Shown here piece after piece: positions 55,330 through 62,402 of a stretch of DNA of 64,000 nt (position 1 is the stretch's first letter; each line of letters begins with the position of its first letter). The DNA comes from Bacillota bacterium (GTDB lineage: Bacteria > Bacillota > Clostridia > Peptostreptococcales > Anaerovoracaceae), in contig JALEHL010000005.1 in NCBI GenBank assembly GCA_022770665.1, positions 13,028 to 77,027 on the forward strand, written 5' to 3'. The notes beneath the pieces are model-generated. The model ran no database searches. It saw only the letters and a list, made by a program, of their open reading frames with translations, and was not told the origin of the DNA. The translations under genes and the position numbers were made by a program.

Positions 55330-55839
55330 TTATTTTTTCTGCCCGGCGTATGCCTTCTGCCGGAGAACCTGCCCAAAATTGTCCATCAGCTTCGTGTCCT
55401 CCTCGATGTAGATGCACTGGCTGCTCTTCGGATACCGCATATGGAGCTCTTTCATCGCGTAGGATTCGATCTGCTCGATGCTGGTGCTTTCATCGATCTT
55501 CATATTCAGCACATCAATCTCGTCTTCCAGACTCATGTTGGCCTTCGTCAGGCTGTTGATGCTGCACTGGATATTGGCCGCATACGCATTCAGAACCAGT
55601 GTCCCGATCAGAAGCACCGCCACGAAAACCGTCACCCCGATCAGCTGCCGAAGCTCCCCGGCCGTCAGGCTCTGGGTCTTTTTCTCCTGCTGCCGCGCCG
55701 GTTCCGGCCGTTTCCTGGACCGCGGAATCCTGCTGTCTCCAGGCTCCCGCCCCGGATAGCTCCCCGGGTACGGCTGCTGCAGATCCTGTCTGTACGTATA
55801 TTCATATTGTTCGTCACGGGCTCTTTCGCTTGCTGCCAT
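55330..55839 (-). CDS. ftsL: FtsL-like cell division protein
   Basis: Position between rsmH and the PBP gene. Single TM segment IGVTVFVAVLLIGTLVLNAYA followed by a coiled coil. Pro/Arg-rich N-terminus. Confidence 0.7.
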   Translation of the reverse strand: MAASERARDEQYEYTYRQDLQQPYPGSYPGREPGDSRIPRSRKRPEPARQQEKKTQSLTAGELRQLIGVTVFVAVLLIGTLVLNAYAANIQCSINSLTKANMSLEDEIDVLNMKIDESTSIEQIESYAMKELHMRYPKSSQCIYIEEDTKLMDNFGQVLRQKAYAGQKK

Positions 55840-55859
55840 GATTGTGTACTCCTCAAAAT

Positions 55860-56804
55860 CTATTTTTTCTGCAGTTTCTCTGCGATGCGCAGTTTGGCGC
55901 TTCTTGCGCGCGGATTCTTCTCAAGCTCCTCCGCGGAAGGTGTGACAGGCTTGCCGGTCACTTTCCGGATATCCGGTTTCTTTCCGCAGACACAGACCGG
56001 AAATTCTTTCGGACAGGTGCACGGATTCACATGCCGTGCGATAATATCCTTCACGATCCGGTCCTCCAGGGAATGGAACGTGATAATACAGAGCCTTCCG
56101 CCCGGCGCCAGCACGTCGCAGAAGTCCTCCACGGCCCTCTCCAGCTGGCCCAGTTCATCATTGACCTCGATGCGGATCGCCTGAAACGTCCGCTTGGCCG
56201 GATGGGGTCCATCTCTTCGCGCAGAGGCCGGAATCGCCGCCTTGATGACATCCACCAGCTCAAAGGTGGTTTCCAGGGGCTTTTCTTTTCGCCGTTTCAC
56301 GATAAACTGCGCGATGCGAGAAGCCCAGCGCTCTTCGCCGTATTTTGAAATGATCTCTCTCAGTTCTTTCTCATCGTATTCATTCACCACATCCCAGGCC
56401 GTAAGCGGATCCTGCTGATTCATCCGCATATCCAGCGGCGCATCCTGCATATAGGAGAAGCCCCGCTCCGGATTGTCCAGCTGAAACGACGAAACGCCCA
56501 GATCCAGCAGCGCGCCGTCGATCTGTCCGATCCCCAGCTCCTGCAGAACTTCTTTGATATCCGCATAGTTGCTCTGCACGAACTCTTTGCGGCAGGGATA
56601 TTCTTCCAGACGCTTCCGGGCTGCCCGGTGCGCATCCTCATCCCGGTCAATGCCGATAAACAGGCCGTCTTTTCCCAGTCTGCCGCAGATGCCGCTGCTG
56701 TGTCCGCCGCCGCCCATGGTGCCGTCCACATAGATCCCGTCTTCCCGGATCCGGAGGCCTTCCATGCACTCGTCGAAAAGTACAGAAGTATGTCTGAATT
56801 CCAT
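55860..56804 (-). CDS. rsmH: 16S rRNA (cytosine1402-N4)-methyltransferase
   Basis: [17 protein letters not shown]...[12 protein letters not shown]...[11 protein letters not shown]... Confidence 0.95.
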   Translation of the reverse strand: MEFRHTSVLFDECMEGLRIREDGIYVDGTMGGGGHSSGICGRLGKDGLFIGIDRDEDAHRAARKRLEEYPCRKEFVQSNYADIKEVLQELGIGQIDGALLDLGVSSFQLDNPERGFSYMQDAPLDMRMNQQDPLTAWDVVNEYDEKELREIISKYGEERWASRIAQFIVKRRKEKPLETTFELVDVIKAAIPASARRDGPHPAKRTFQAIRIEVNDELGQLERAVEDFCDVLAPGGRLCIITFHSLEDRIVKDIIARHVNPCTCPKEFPVCVCGKKPDIRKVTGKPVTPSAEELEKNPRARSAKLRIAEKLQKK

Positions 56805-56847
56805 CTTCTTTTCTCCTCCTTATCGTCCGGTTTCGTCACCGGGTTTC

Positions 56848-57279
56848 TCAGAAATGATATTCCTTCAGCGCATCGGCAAAGGCTGCAGTGTCCATCTTGC
56901 TTCCGTTCTCCGGCGCATCCCATACGCTGCGGCTCCAGACTTCGATCTTGGACATGGCGCCCAGGGTCACCAGTTCCCGGCTGATCTGCGCGTAGTCCTT
57001 CAGTTCCTGCGGGATCACGATCCGTCCCTGTTTATCCAGCTCGCACTCCACCGCATTGCCGCAGAAGTGCCGGATAAAGGCCCGGACCTTCGGATCCGAT
57101 TCCGGAAGCTGCGCCACTTTTTCCATCTGCTTTTCCCAGTCTGTCATGGTGTAGATGTTCAGGCAGGTGTCCAGTCCCCGGGTCACAACGCACCGGTTCC
57201 CCAGCTCTGTCCGCAGACGGGAAGGAACGATCATGCGGTTCTTCTCATCGATGGAATTGTACGTGGTTCCCATGAACAT
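56848..57279 (-). CDS. mraZ: Transcriptional regulator MraZ
   Basis: MFMGTTYNSIDEKNRMIVPSRLR... and a second SpoVT/AbrB-like repeat ...LDKQGRIVIPQELK... Start set to MFMGT. The ORF-track extension covers the operator. Confidence 0.92.
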   Translation of the reverse strand: MFMGTTYNSIDEKNRMIVPSRLRTELGNRCVVTRGLDTCLNIYTMTDWEKQMEKVAQLPESDPKVRAFIRHFCGNAVECELDKQGRIVIPQELKDYAQISRELVTLGAMSKIEVWSRSVWDAPENGSKMDTAAFADALKEYHF

Positions 57280-57313
57280 AGAGACAGTCCCCCAACCTAA
57301 ATCATATACTATC

Positions 57314-57338
57314 TCCACTATACACCACTTTCATCCAC
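57314..57338 (-). promoter_or_regulatory. MraZ operator: three direct GTGG(A/T) repeats at 10-bp spacing
   Basis: Minus strand GTGGATGAAAGTGGTGTATAGTGGAG, immediately upstream of mraZ. Confidence 0.75.
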
Positions 57339-57375
57339 ATAGCAAGAATTTTTGCCGGTTTTTTGAGATTTTTTC

Positions 57376-57403
57376 ACCACCAAAATCCGGAAAGCATAGA
57401 ATA
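57376..57403 (+). promoter_or_regulatory. Candidate SigK-type (late mother-cell) promoter for the Cys-rich gene
   Basis: AC-N17-CATAGAATA matches the B. subtilis SigK consensus AC-N16-17-CATANNNTA. No good TTGACA-type -35 for the embedded TAGAAT. Confidence 0.3.
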
Positions 57404-57462
57404 TGGTAAGTCAGTTTCCTGACGAAACACCTGGAAATTCAGAAAGGAAAGAGGTTGATTCC

Positions 57463-58632
57463 ATGCATGATAATACAGTCTATCTGAACAAAATATTCTT
57501 CGAGGGGAATCAGGTTTCCTGCCCGATTCTTTCTCCGCTGATCACCAGTGATGAAACGTTCACCCGCCAGATCGCCTTCAGCCCGCTGCAGGACCGCTGC
57601 AGCCCGTCCCGTCATGACCGGCACGACTGCAGAAGCGGCCGGACCAGCGGGTGCGGCTGTCAGTGCGGCGGCGAGTGCGGCCGCGGATGTGAATGCGAAT
57701 GGGGATGCGGATGCTGCTCCCCGTGCGGCTGCAGCTCTCCATGCGGCTGCAGCTCCGCATGCTGTGATTTTACATTTGATGAGGATACTGAATTTACCGT
57801 AGAAGATGCGGTCATCACGGTGACAGGATTTCACCTGAGCCCGTCTTCTTCCTTCGGCAGAAACCAGGTCACGATCGACGGATTCCCGGTAACCGATCTG
57901 ACCCTGGTAAACGGCCAGTACCTGGCGGATCTGTCCGGTATTATGGACGAGATCACCAGATGTCCGCAGACGGAGCGTCATCGCTGCCGCAGCTGTTTTT
58001 CGGATGATCGCTGCCGCATCGAGTGCAGCAATGACGGCCATTTCTTCCTGGCACAGGTTCCCGGACCGTGGATTCTTTCCGCGGCCATCGTCCTGGAAGG
58101 AACTGCCTCCAGCGGTTCCCGCACCTGTCATTTCCGCGCCTGCTTCCGGACCCGTTCTGACACCTGCATGCCCGGCATCTCCGTTGCCGGCAGCGACAAC
58201 TTCGCGCTGCAGTGTGTGGAAATCCCGTGTCAGGCAGCAGGCATCGCTCCGACACTGCTCTTTGACTTCGACGCCTGCGCTTCGCTGCTGAACCCGCGGC
58301 TGACCGTGGCCGGCTCCGGAGAATCCGCGCACCTTCGCCTTTCCGGCACTCTGGTCCTGACGCCGGAGATCCGTCTGCAGGTAACCCGTCCAGCCCGCTT
58401 CCAGATTTCCGCCAAAGAACTGGATATGCACTGTGACAACCTGGGACAGTGTGATCCGTGTGCCATGGACTGCTGCTGCGAGGAAGAAGAAGAGACTTCT
58501 TCCCGTCCGTCCGGCTCATCCGGTTCATCCGGCTCGTCCGGCTCGTCCGGCTGCGGCAGCTGCGGCAGGCAGACGGCAGCCTGCCAAACATCTGCCTGCC
58601 AGTGCTGTGAAACCAACGGCTATCGCTTCTGA
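57463..58632 (+). CDS. Orphan cysteine-rich protein (41 Cys in 389 aa by my count), function unknown
   Basis: ORF 57403..58632. Start set to MHDNTV (ATG 57463), 8 nt after GGAAAGAGG. Cys clusters CGCQCGGECGRGCECEWGCGCCSPCGCSSPCGCSSACC and CDNLGQCDPCAMDCCC...CGSCGRQTAACQTSACQCC. Own terminator. No signal peptide or TM seen. Confidence 0.75.
   Translation: MHDNTVYLNKIFFEGNQVSCPILSPLITSDETFTRQIAFSPLQDRCSPSRHDRHDCRSGRTSGCGCQCGGECGRGCECEWGCGCCSPCGCSSPCGCSSACCDFTFDEDTEFTVEDAVITVTGFHLSPSSSFGRNQVTIDGFPVTDLTLVNGQYLADLSGIMDEITRCPQTERHRCRSCFSDDRCRIECSNDGHFFLAQVPGPWILSAAIVLEGTASSGSRTCHFRACFRTRSDTCMPGISVAGSDNFALQCVEIPCQAAGIAPTLLFDFDACASLLNPRLTVAGSGESAHLRLSGTLVLTPEIRLQVTRPARFQISAKELDMHCDNLGQCDPCAMDCCCEEEEETSSRPSGSSGSSGSSGSSGCGSCGRQTAACQTSACQCCETNGYRF
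58510..58554 (+). repeat. In-frame 9-nt tandem repeat (5 units) encoding (SGS)n
   Basis: tccggctca tccggttca tccggctcg tccggctcg tccggctgc. Confidence 0.85.
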
Positions 58633-58661
58633 TCCGGCCCCGGATACACGATCCCGCAGGC

Positions 58662-58700
58662 CCGCCGGCATTCACGGATCCCGTGAATGCCGGCGTTTTT
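58662..58700 (+). terminator. Rho-independent terminator of the Cys-rich gene
   Basis: CGCCGGCATTCACGG-ATC-CCGTGAATGCCGGCG followed by TTTTTT. Confidence 0.85.
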
Positions 58701-58921
58701 TCCAGCCTGGTAGAGCCGTTCCCGTAAACCAAATCCAGGGAAAAATCGAAAACAGGTTAACACGAATCCGCCCATACAGCGTCTGACGGGCTCCTGGCGC
58801 CGCAAAAAGCAAAAAAAATAAACCAAACTGCAGTTTTTTCCTGCAAGTGGTTTATAAAATCCTGCGGCAGGGGCGGCGGAAGCCCGATTGTGTTAACCAG
58901 AAATGCAAAATGAACGAAAAT

Positions 58922-59079
58922 GGTTAACCGGGCTACTCAGGTTCGCCAGACTGCTCAAGTTAACCGGGCTGCCGGGTTAACCGGGCTACTCAGGTTCGCC
59001 AGGCTGACAAGTTAACCGAGCTGCCGGGTTAACCGGGCTACTCAGGTTCGCCAGACTGCTCAAGTTAACCGAGCTGCCG
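58922..59079. repeat. Three tandem copies of a 52-53-bp non-coding unit, each carrying two GTTAACC sites
   Basis: Unit GGTTAACCGGGCTACTCAGGTTCGCCAGACTGCTCAAGTTAACCG(G/A)GCTGCCG at 58922..58974, 58975..59026, 59027..59079. All frames are interrupted by stops. Confidence 0.9.
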
Positions 59080-59154
59080 GATTCTCCGGACTGCCGGCAG
59101 CCGACGATGGAAATAAAGTCCGCAAGCAAAAAAGGACGCCAATCGAATCGAAAT

Positions 59155-59992
59155 GGTAAGGGTCAAATTGCGGGCACATCAGATCTAAAATTTAAGCCCC
59201 TTGTTAGTCAGAGCATAAACTGACATGCAAGGGGCTTTTCTCTAGTCTGTTTCTTCTTTTCTTCTGCATTCATCCGGTACTTCATCAGACCATGGCAGGA
59301 TTCGGTCGATGGCTGCCTTATCTGCCAAATCGATTCTGCGCACCTGATCCAGAAGGTAATTCAAATATTCAAATGGCAGAAGATCATTTTCCATTGCTGT
59401 TACCACGATACTGTAGAGTACTGCACTGGACTGCGCTCCGCGTGCCGTGTTGCAGAACAGCCAGTTCTTTCTTCCCATAACAAATGGTTTGATTGCCCGT
59501 TCTCCTCGGTTGTTCCATACCTCCAGCCGTTCATCCAGCAGGCTGTTCCTCAGGAAATTTTCGTTGTTCACTGTGTAGTTCAGCGCCTCCAGATACAGGC
59601 TTTTCGGCGGCATTTTTCTCAGCTCATTTTCTGCCCATGCAAAGAACGCCTCGAATGTTTCCCACATTCGGGTTTGTCTGAATTTTATTCGCTCTTCCGC
59701 AGTTTTCAGGCTGCGGCATTGGGCATCGAGTGCAAAGATCTTATCACACCAGATGACACCCTGCTGTATGCGTTTCGCCCGGGGACTTTCCTTTTCGGTC
59801 AGCCCGTTCAGTGCATCGGCATAGCGTCTTCTCGTATGTGCCAGACAGCCGACTCGTATGACATCTTTGCCTGCGTGATTGTAGGCTTTGTATCCGTCTG
59901 TCTGCAGATATCCGCAGTAGCCCTGCAGGAAGGACTCCGGAACGAAACCCGCTCTGCTTCCGCGGTCGTATCGAAGCTTTTTTCGCCGGAAA
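59155..59992 (-). mobile_element. Truncated IS66-family element (right end only)
   Basis: Terminal sequence GTAAGGGTCAAATTGCGGGCAC at 59155 resembles IS66-type GTAAG-starting inverted repeats. Contains only the C-terminal half of a transposase. No left end, tnpA or tnpB seen. Confidence 0.6.
59242..59975 (-). pseudogene. IS66-family transposase, C-terminal fragment
   Basis: ORF-track 141 aa (...NRGERAIKPFVMGRKNWLFCNTARGAQSSAVLYSIVVTAMENDLLPFEYLNYLL...). My in-frame upstream extension reads ...YDRGSRAGFVPESFLQGYCGYLQTDGYKAYNHAGKDVIRVGCLAHTRRRY... without a start codon. Confidence 0.75.
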
Positions 59993-60017
59993 TTACCTGC
60001 TTTCCGGCGAAAAAAGC
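59976..60017. other. Perfect 17-bp inverted repeat at the IS66 truncation point
   Basis: GCTTTTTTCGCCGGAAA-N8-TTTCCGGCGAAAAAAGC. Confidence 0.7.
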
Positions 60018-60040
60018 ATTCATATTATTGTTGAACGACA

Positions 60041-60105
60041 GAAAAAGAGCAGGGCCATCGGGTCCGCTCACGGCCGAACGTGAACGGCGGACCCGATGGC
60101 CCTGC
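60041..60105 (-). terminator. Strong terminator after the small membrane protein gene
   Basis: 19-bp perfect stem GCAGGGCCATCGGGTCCGC...GCGGACCCGATGGCCCTGC, followed on the minus strand by TCTTTTTCT. Confidence 0.75.
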
Positions 60106-60134
60106 TTCCGCACCAAAACCGGTCAGCATCAGCA

Positions 60135-60350
60135 TCAGTATTTGATATTCTTCTTTCCCAGGCGGCTCTTGTATTTATTCCGGCTGTTGCTGAAGATCGC
60201 GTGCTTTCTCCGTTCCGCACGCTCGGTCAGACGTTTTATCACCACCACCAGAATCAGAACTGCCAGAACCGCAGCCGCAGCGCAGAGCAGCCCCTCCTGC
60301 ACGGACCAGACACCGTCGATCTGAATTCCGATTTTTTCCGCAAATGTCAT
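60135..60350 (-). CDS. Small single-pass membrane protein (71 aa), unknown function
   Basis: MTFAEKIGIQIDGVWSVQEGLLCAAAAVLAVLILVVVIKRLTERAERRK... AGGGAG RBS and a dedicated terminator. Confidence 0.5.
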   Translation of the reverse strand: MTFAEKIGIQIDGVWSVQEGLLCAAAAVLAVLILVVVIKRLTERAERRKHAIFSNSRNKYKSRLGKKNIKY

Positions 60351-60459
60351 ATCTGTTTCTCCCTGATTTCATGAATTCAAAATATTGTAAAGCATATTCT
60401 TCTTTTTCCACTGAAATACTAACTACAGTATACCATAAAAACGTCAAGGGAGTGTGAAA

Positions 60460-61587
60460 ATGCGTCAAATTTTTTATCAGACAAAAAATATTTCCGGCAT
60501 GATTCTGGTCCTCAGTCCGCTTCTGGGCAGTGCTGCAGCGCACTGGCCCTTTTTCTTCTATCTGATACTGCTGGCCGGTGCCGCCTGCGCCCTGCCCCTC
60601 TCCTGTGCGGCGCTGCAGCATCTCCCCTTCCGGATCTGGCGCCGCCTCTCCGCCCTGTCCGCCTGCCTGGCACTGCTCCTGCTCTCTCTCACCGTTTCCC
60701 GCCCGCTGCAGAATCCCGCAATCCTGTGGAGCGGAGCCTTTCTGCTGGGGATCTCCTGCAGCAGACTGCTTCTGCTTTTCCCACCCCTTGTGGCCGTGGG
60801 ATGGTATCGCCGCAGTCCGGCCGCGGCCCTCGGCATCCTCTGGTCCGGCAGTTTTCTTCTTCTGCCTTTCTGGCGCTTTCTGCTTCACACCGCGCCGGGC
60901 TTTTTTTTCTGCGCCGCGTCCGTGTGCCTGCTCACGGGGCTCTTTGGTTTTCTCCGGCAGCCGCCGGTTGACTGCCGCCGCCTGGAGAATCCCATGACCC
61001 AGGGCAGAACCGGGATCTTTGCCCGTCCATCCCTGTTCACCGGCGCGATTTCCGCTTCTCTGGGCATGGGTCTTGCCATGGTGCTGCGCGCGGATCAGAC
61101 AGACAGTCCCATGGCAGGGCGTATCCTCTCCCCGGCCTTTCCGCTGATTTTCTGCCTTGCCCTGGCTGCCGGCTCCCTCTTTACCGCCCGCTTCATCGAA
61201 AGGAAAGGGATCTTCAGCGGCTGCATTCTGCTGCTTTTCCTGTGTGAAAGTGCCGCAGCCTGCCTGGGAAACCCGGACCGCCCGCTGCTGTCTGCTGCCG
61301 GGCTGTATCTCCTGGCTGGCGCCGCCGGAAGCGTGCCGGTCATTCTTCCGGTCCTGACCCTTTATCTTTACGGCATCATCGCTTACCCGCAAAATCTGTG
61401 CCGCCTTCTCTTTTTCTTTCCTGCCGGGCTGCTGTGCGCCCTTCCCTTCTGCTACCTGGCACTAGAGGGGCAGCTGGCTGCCGAGGAACCGGCGGTCTTT
61501 CTTCTCTTCCTGCTGGTAGGCAGTTTTTTCTGCATATTTTCTGCATGGAAACACCGTTTCATCATATTAAAGAACCGGATTTTGTGA
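60460..61587 (+). CDS. Polytopic membrane protein (MFS-like topology), unknown function
   Basis: About 375 aa, very hydrophobic, with roughly 10-12 predicted helices. Start set to ATG 60460, 7 nt after AAGGGAG. The antisense 405-aa ORF is low complexity and was rejected. Confidence 0.6.
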   Translation: MRQIFYQTKNISGMILVLSPLLGSAAAHWPFFFYLILLAGAACALPLSCAALQHLPFRIWRRLSALSACLALLLLSLTVSRPLQNPAILWSGAFLLGISCSRLLLLFPPLVAVGWYRRSPAAALGILWSGSFLLLPFWRFLLHTAPGFFFCAASVCLLTGLFGFLRQPPVDCRRLENPMTQGRTGIFARPSLFTGAISASLGMGLAMVLRADQTDSPMAGRILSPAFPLIFCLALAAGSLFTARFIERKGIFSGCILLLFLCESAAACLGNPDRPLLSAAGLYLLAGAAGSVPVILPVLTLYLYGIIAYPQNLCRLLFFFPAGLLCALPFCYLALEGQLAAEEPAVFLLFLLVGSFFCIFSAWKHRFIILKNRIL

Positions 61588-61686
61588 TATAATCTTTTTA
61601 ATATTATATCGGTTACGTCCTATCCGTGAAGAATAGGAAGCCAATGCGGAAGATTACCAGGAAACGCAGGAGGAATTCTAGAAAAA

Positions 61687-62391
61687 ATGAGTGCATTTGT
61701 ATCGTTCGAACATGTAAAGAAAGTTTATCAGATGGGAGAAGTTTCCATCGAGGCGCTCCGGGATGCGACCTTCGAGATTGAAAAAGGAGAGATCTGTGTG
61801 ATCGTCGGCGCCTCCGGCGCCGGCAAAACCACTCTTCTGAACATTCTCGGCGGCATGGACAGCCTCACTTCCGGCAGAGTCTTTCTGGACGGCCAGGAGA
61901 TCTCCAGCCTCAATGCCCGTCAGCTGACTACATACCGCCGGTACGAAATCGGATTTGTTTTCCAGTTCTATAACCTGGTCCAGAATCTGACTGCCGTGGA
62001 GAACGTATCCCTGGCCACCCAGATCTGCAAGAACCCCATGGACTCAGAGGAAGCACTGCGAAAAGTCGGCCTCGGCGACCGGCTGTACAATTTCCCGGCA
62101 CAGCTTTCCGGCGGAGAACAGCAGCGGGTAGCCATCGCCCGCGCTCTGGCGAAGAATCCGAAACTGCTTCTCTGCGATGAACCCACCGGCGCACTGGACT
62201 ACAACACCGGCAAATCGATCCTCAAGCTGCTGCAGGATACGGCCCGCAGCACCGGCATGACCGTGGTCATCATCACCCACAATCAGGCCATCACACCGAT
62301 GGCAGACCGCATTATCCATGTGAAGAGCGGCATCGTCTCCTCGGTGGAGATCAACCAGCACCGTGTCCCGGTCGAAGAAATTGAATGGTAG
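61687..62391 (+). CDS. ABC transporter ATP-binding protein (MacB/LolD/FtsE-like)
   Basis: ...[13 protein letters not shown]... (Walker A), ...[15 protein letters not shown]... (signature), ...[12 protein letters not shown]... (Walker B). Confidence 0.93.
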   Translation: MSAFVSFEHVKKVYQMGEVSIEALRDATFEIEKGEICVIVGASGAGKTTLLNILGGMDSLTSGRVFLDGQEISSLNARQLTTYRRYEIGFVFQFYNLVQNLTAVENVSLATQICKNPMDSEEALRKVGLGDRLYNFPAQLSGGEQQRVAIARALAKNPKLLLCDEPTGALDYNTGKSILKLLQDTARSTGMTVVIITHNQAITPMADRIIHVKSGIVSSVEINQHRVPVEEIEW

Positions 62392-62402
62392 GTGGATGCG
62401 CA

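Noticed and set aside
57403-57462. Upstream start (MVSQFPDETPGNSERKEVDS) for the Cys-rich ORF
   Set aside because: There is no RBS, and the ATG overlaps the putative -10 element. The ATG at 57463 has GGAAAGAGG 8 nt upstream.
58922-59079. Possible CRISPR array
   Set aside because: The copies are directly abutting tandem repeats with no unique spacers, and there are no cas genes in the window.
60175-61392. 405-aa minus-strand ORF rich in G/Q/K/E/R
   Set aside because: It is antisense to a strongly hydrophobic plus-strand ORF with a proper RBS. The composition looks like the complement of a membrane-protein gene. It also swallows the separately supported small gene at 60135..60350 in another register.
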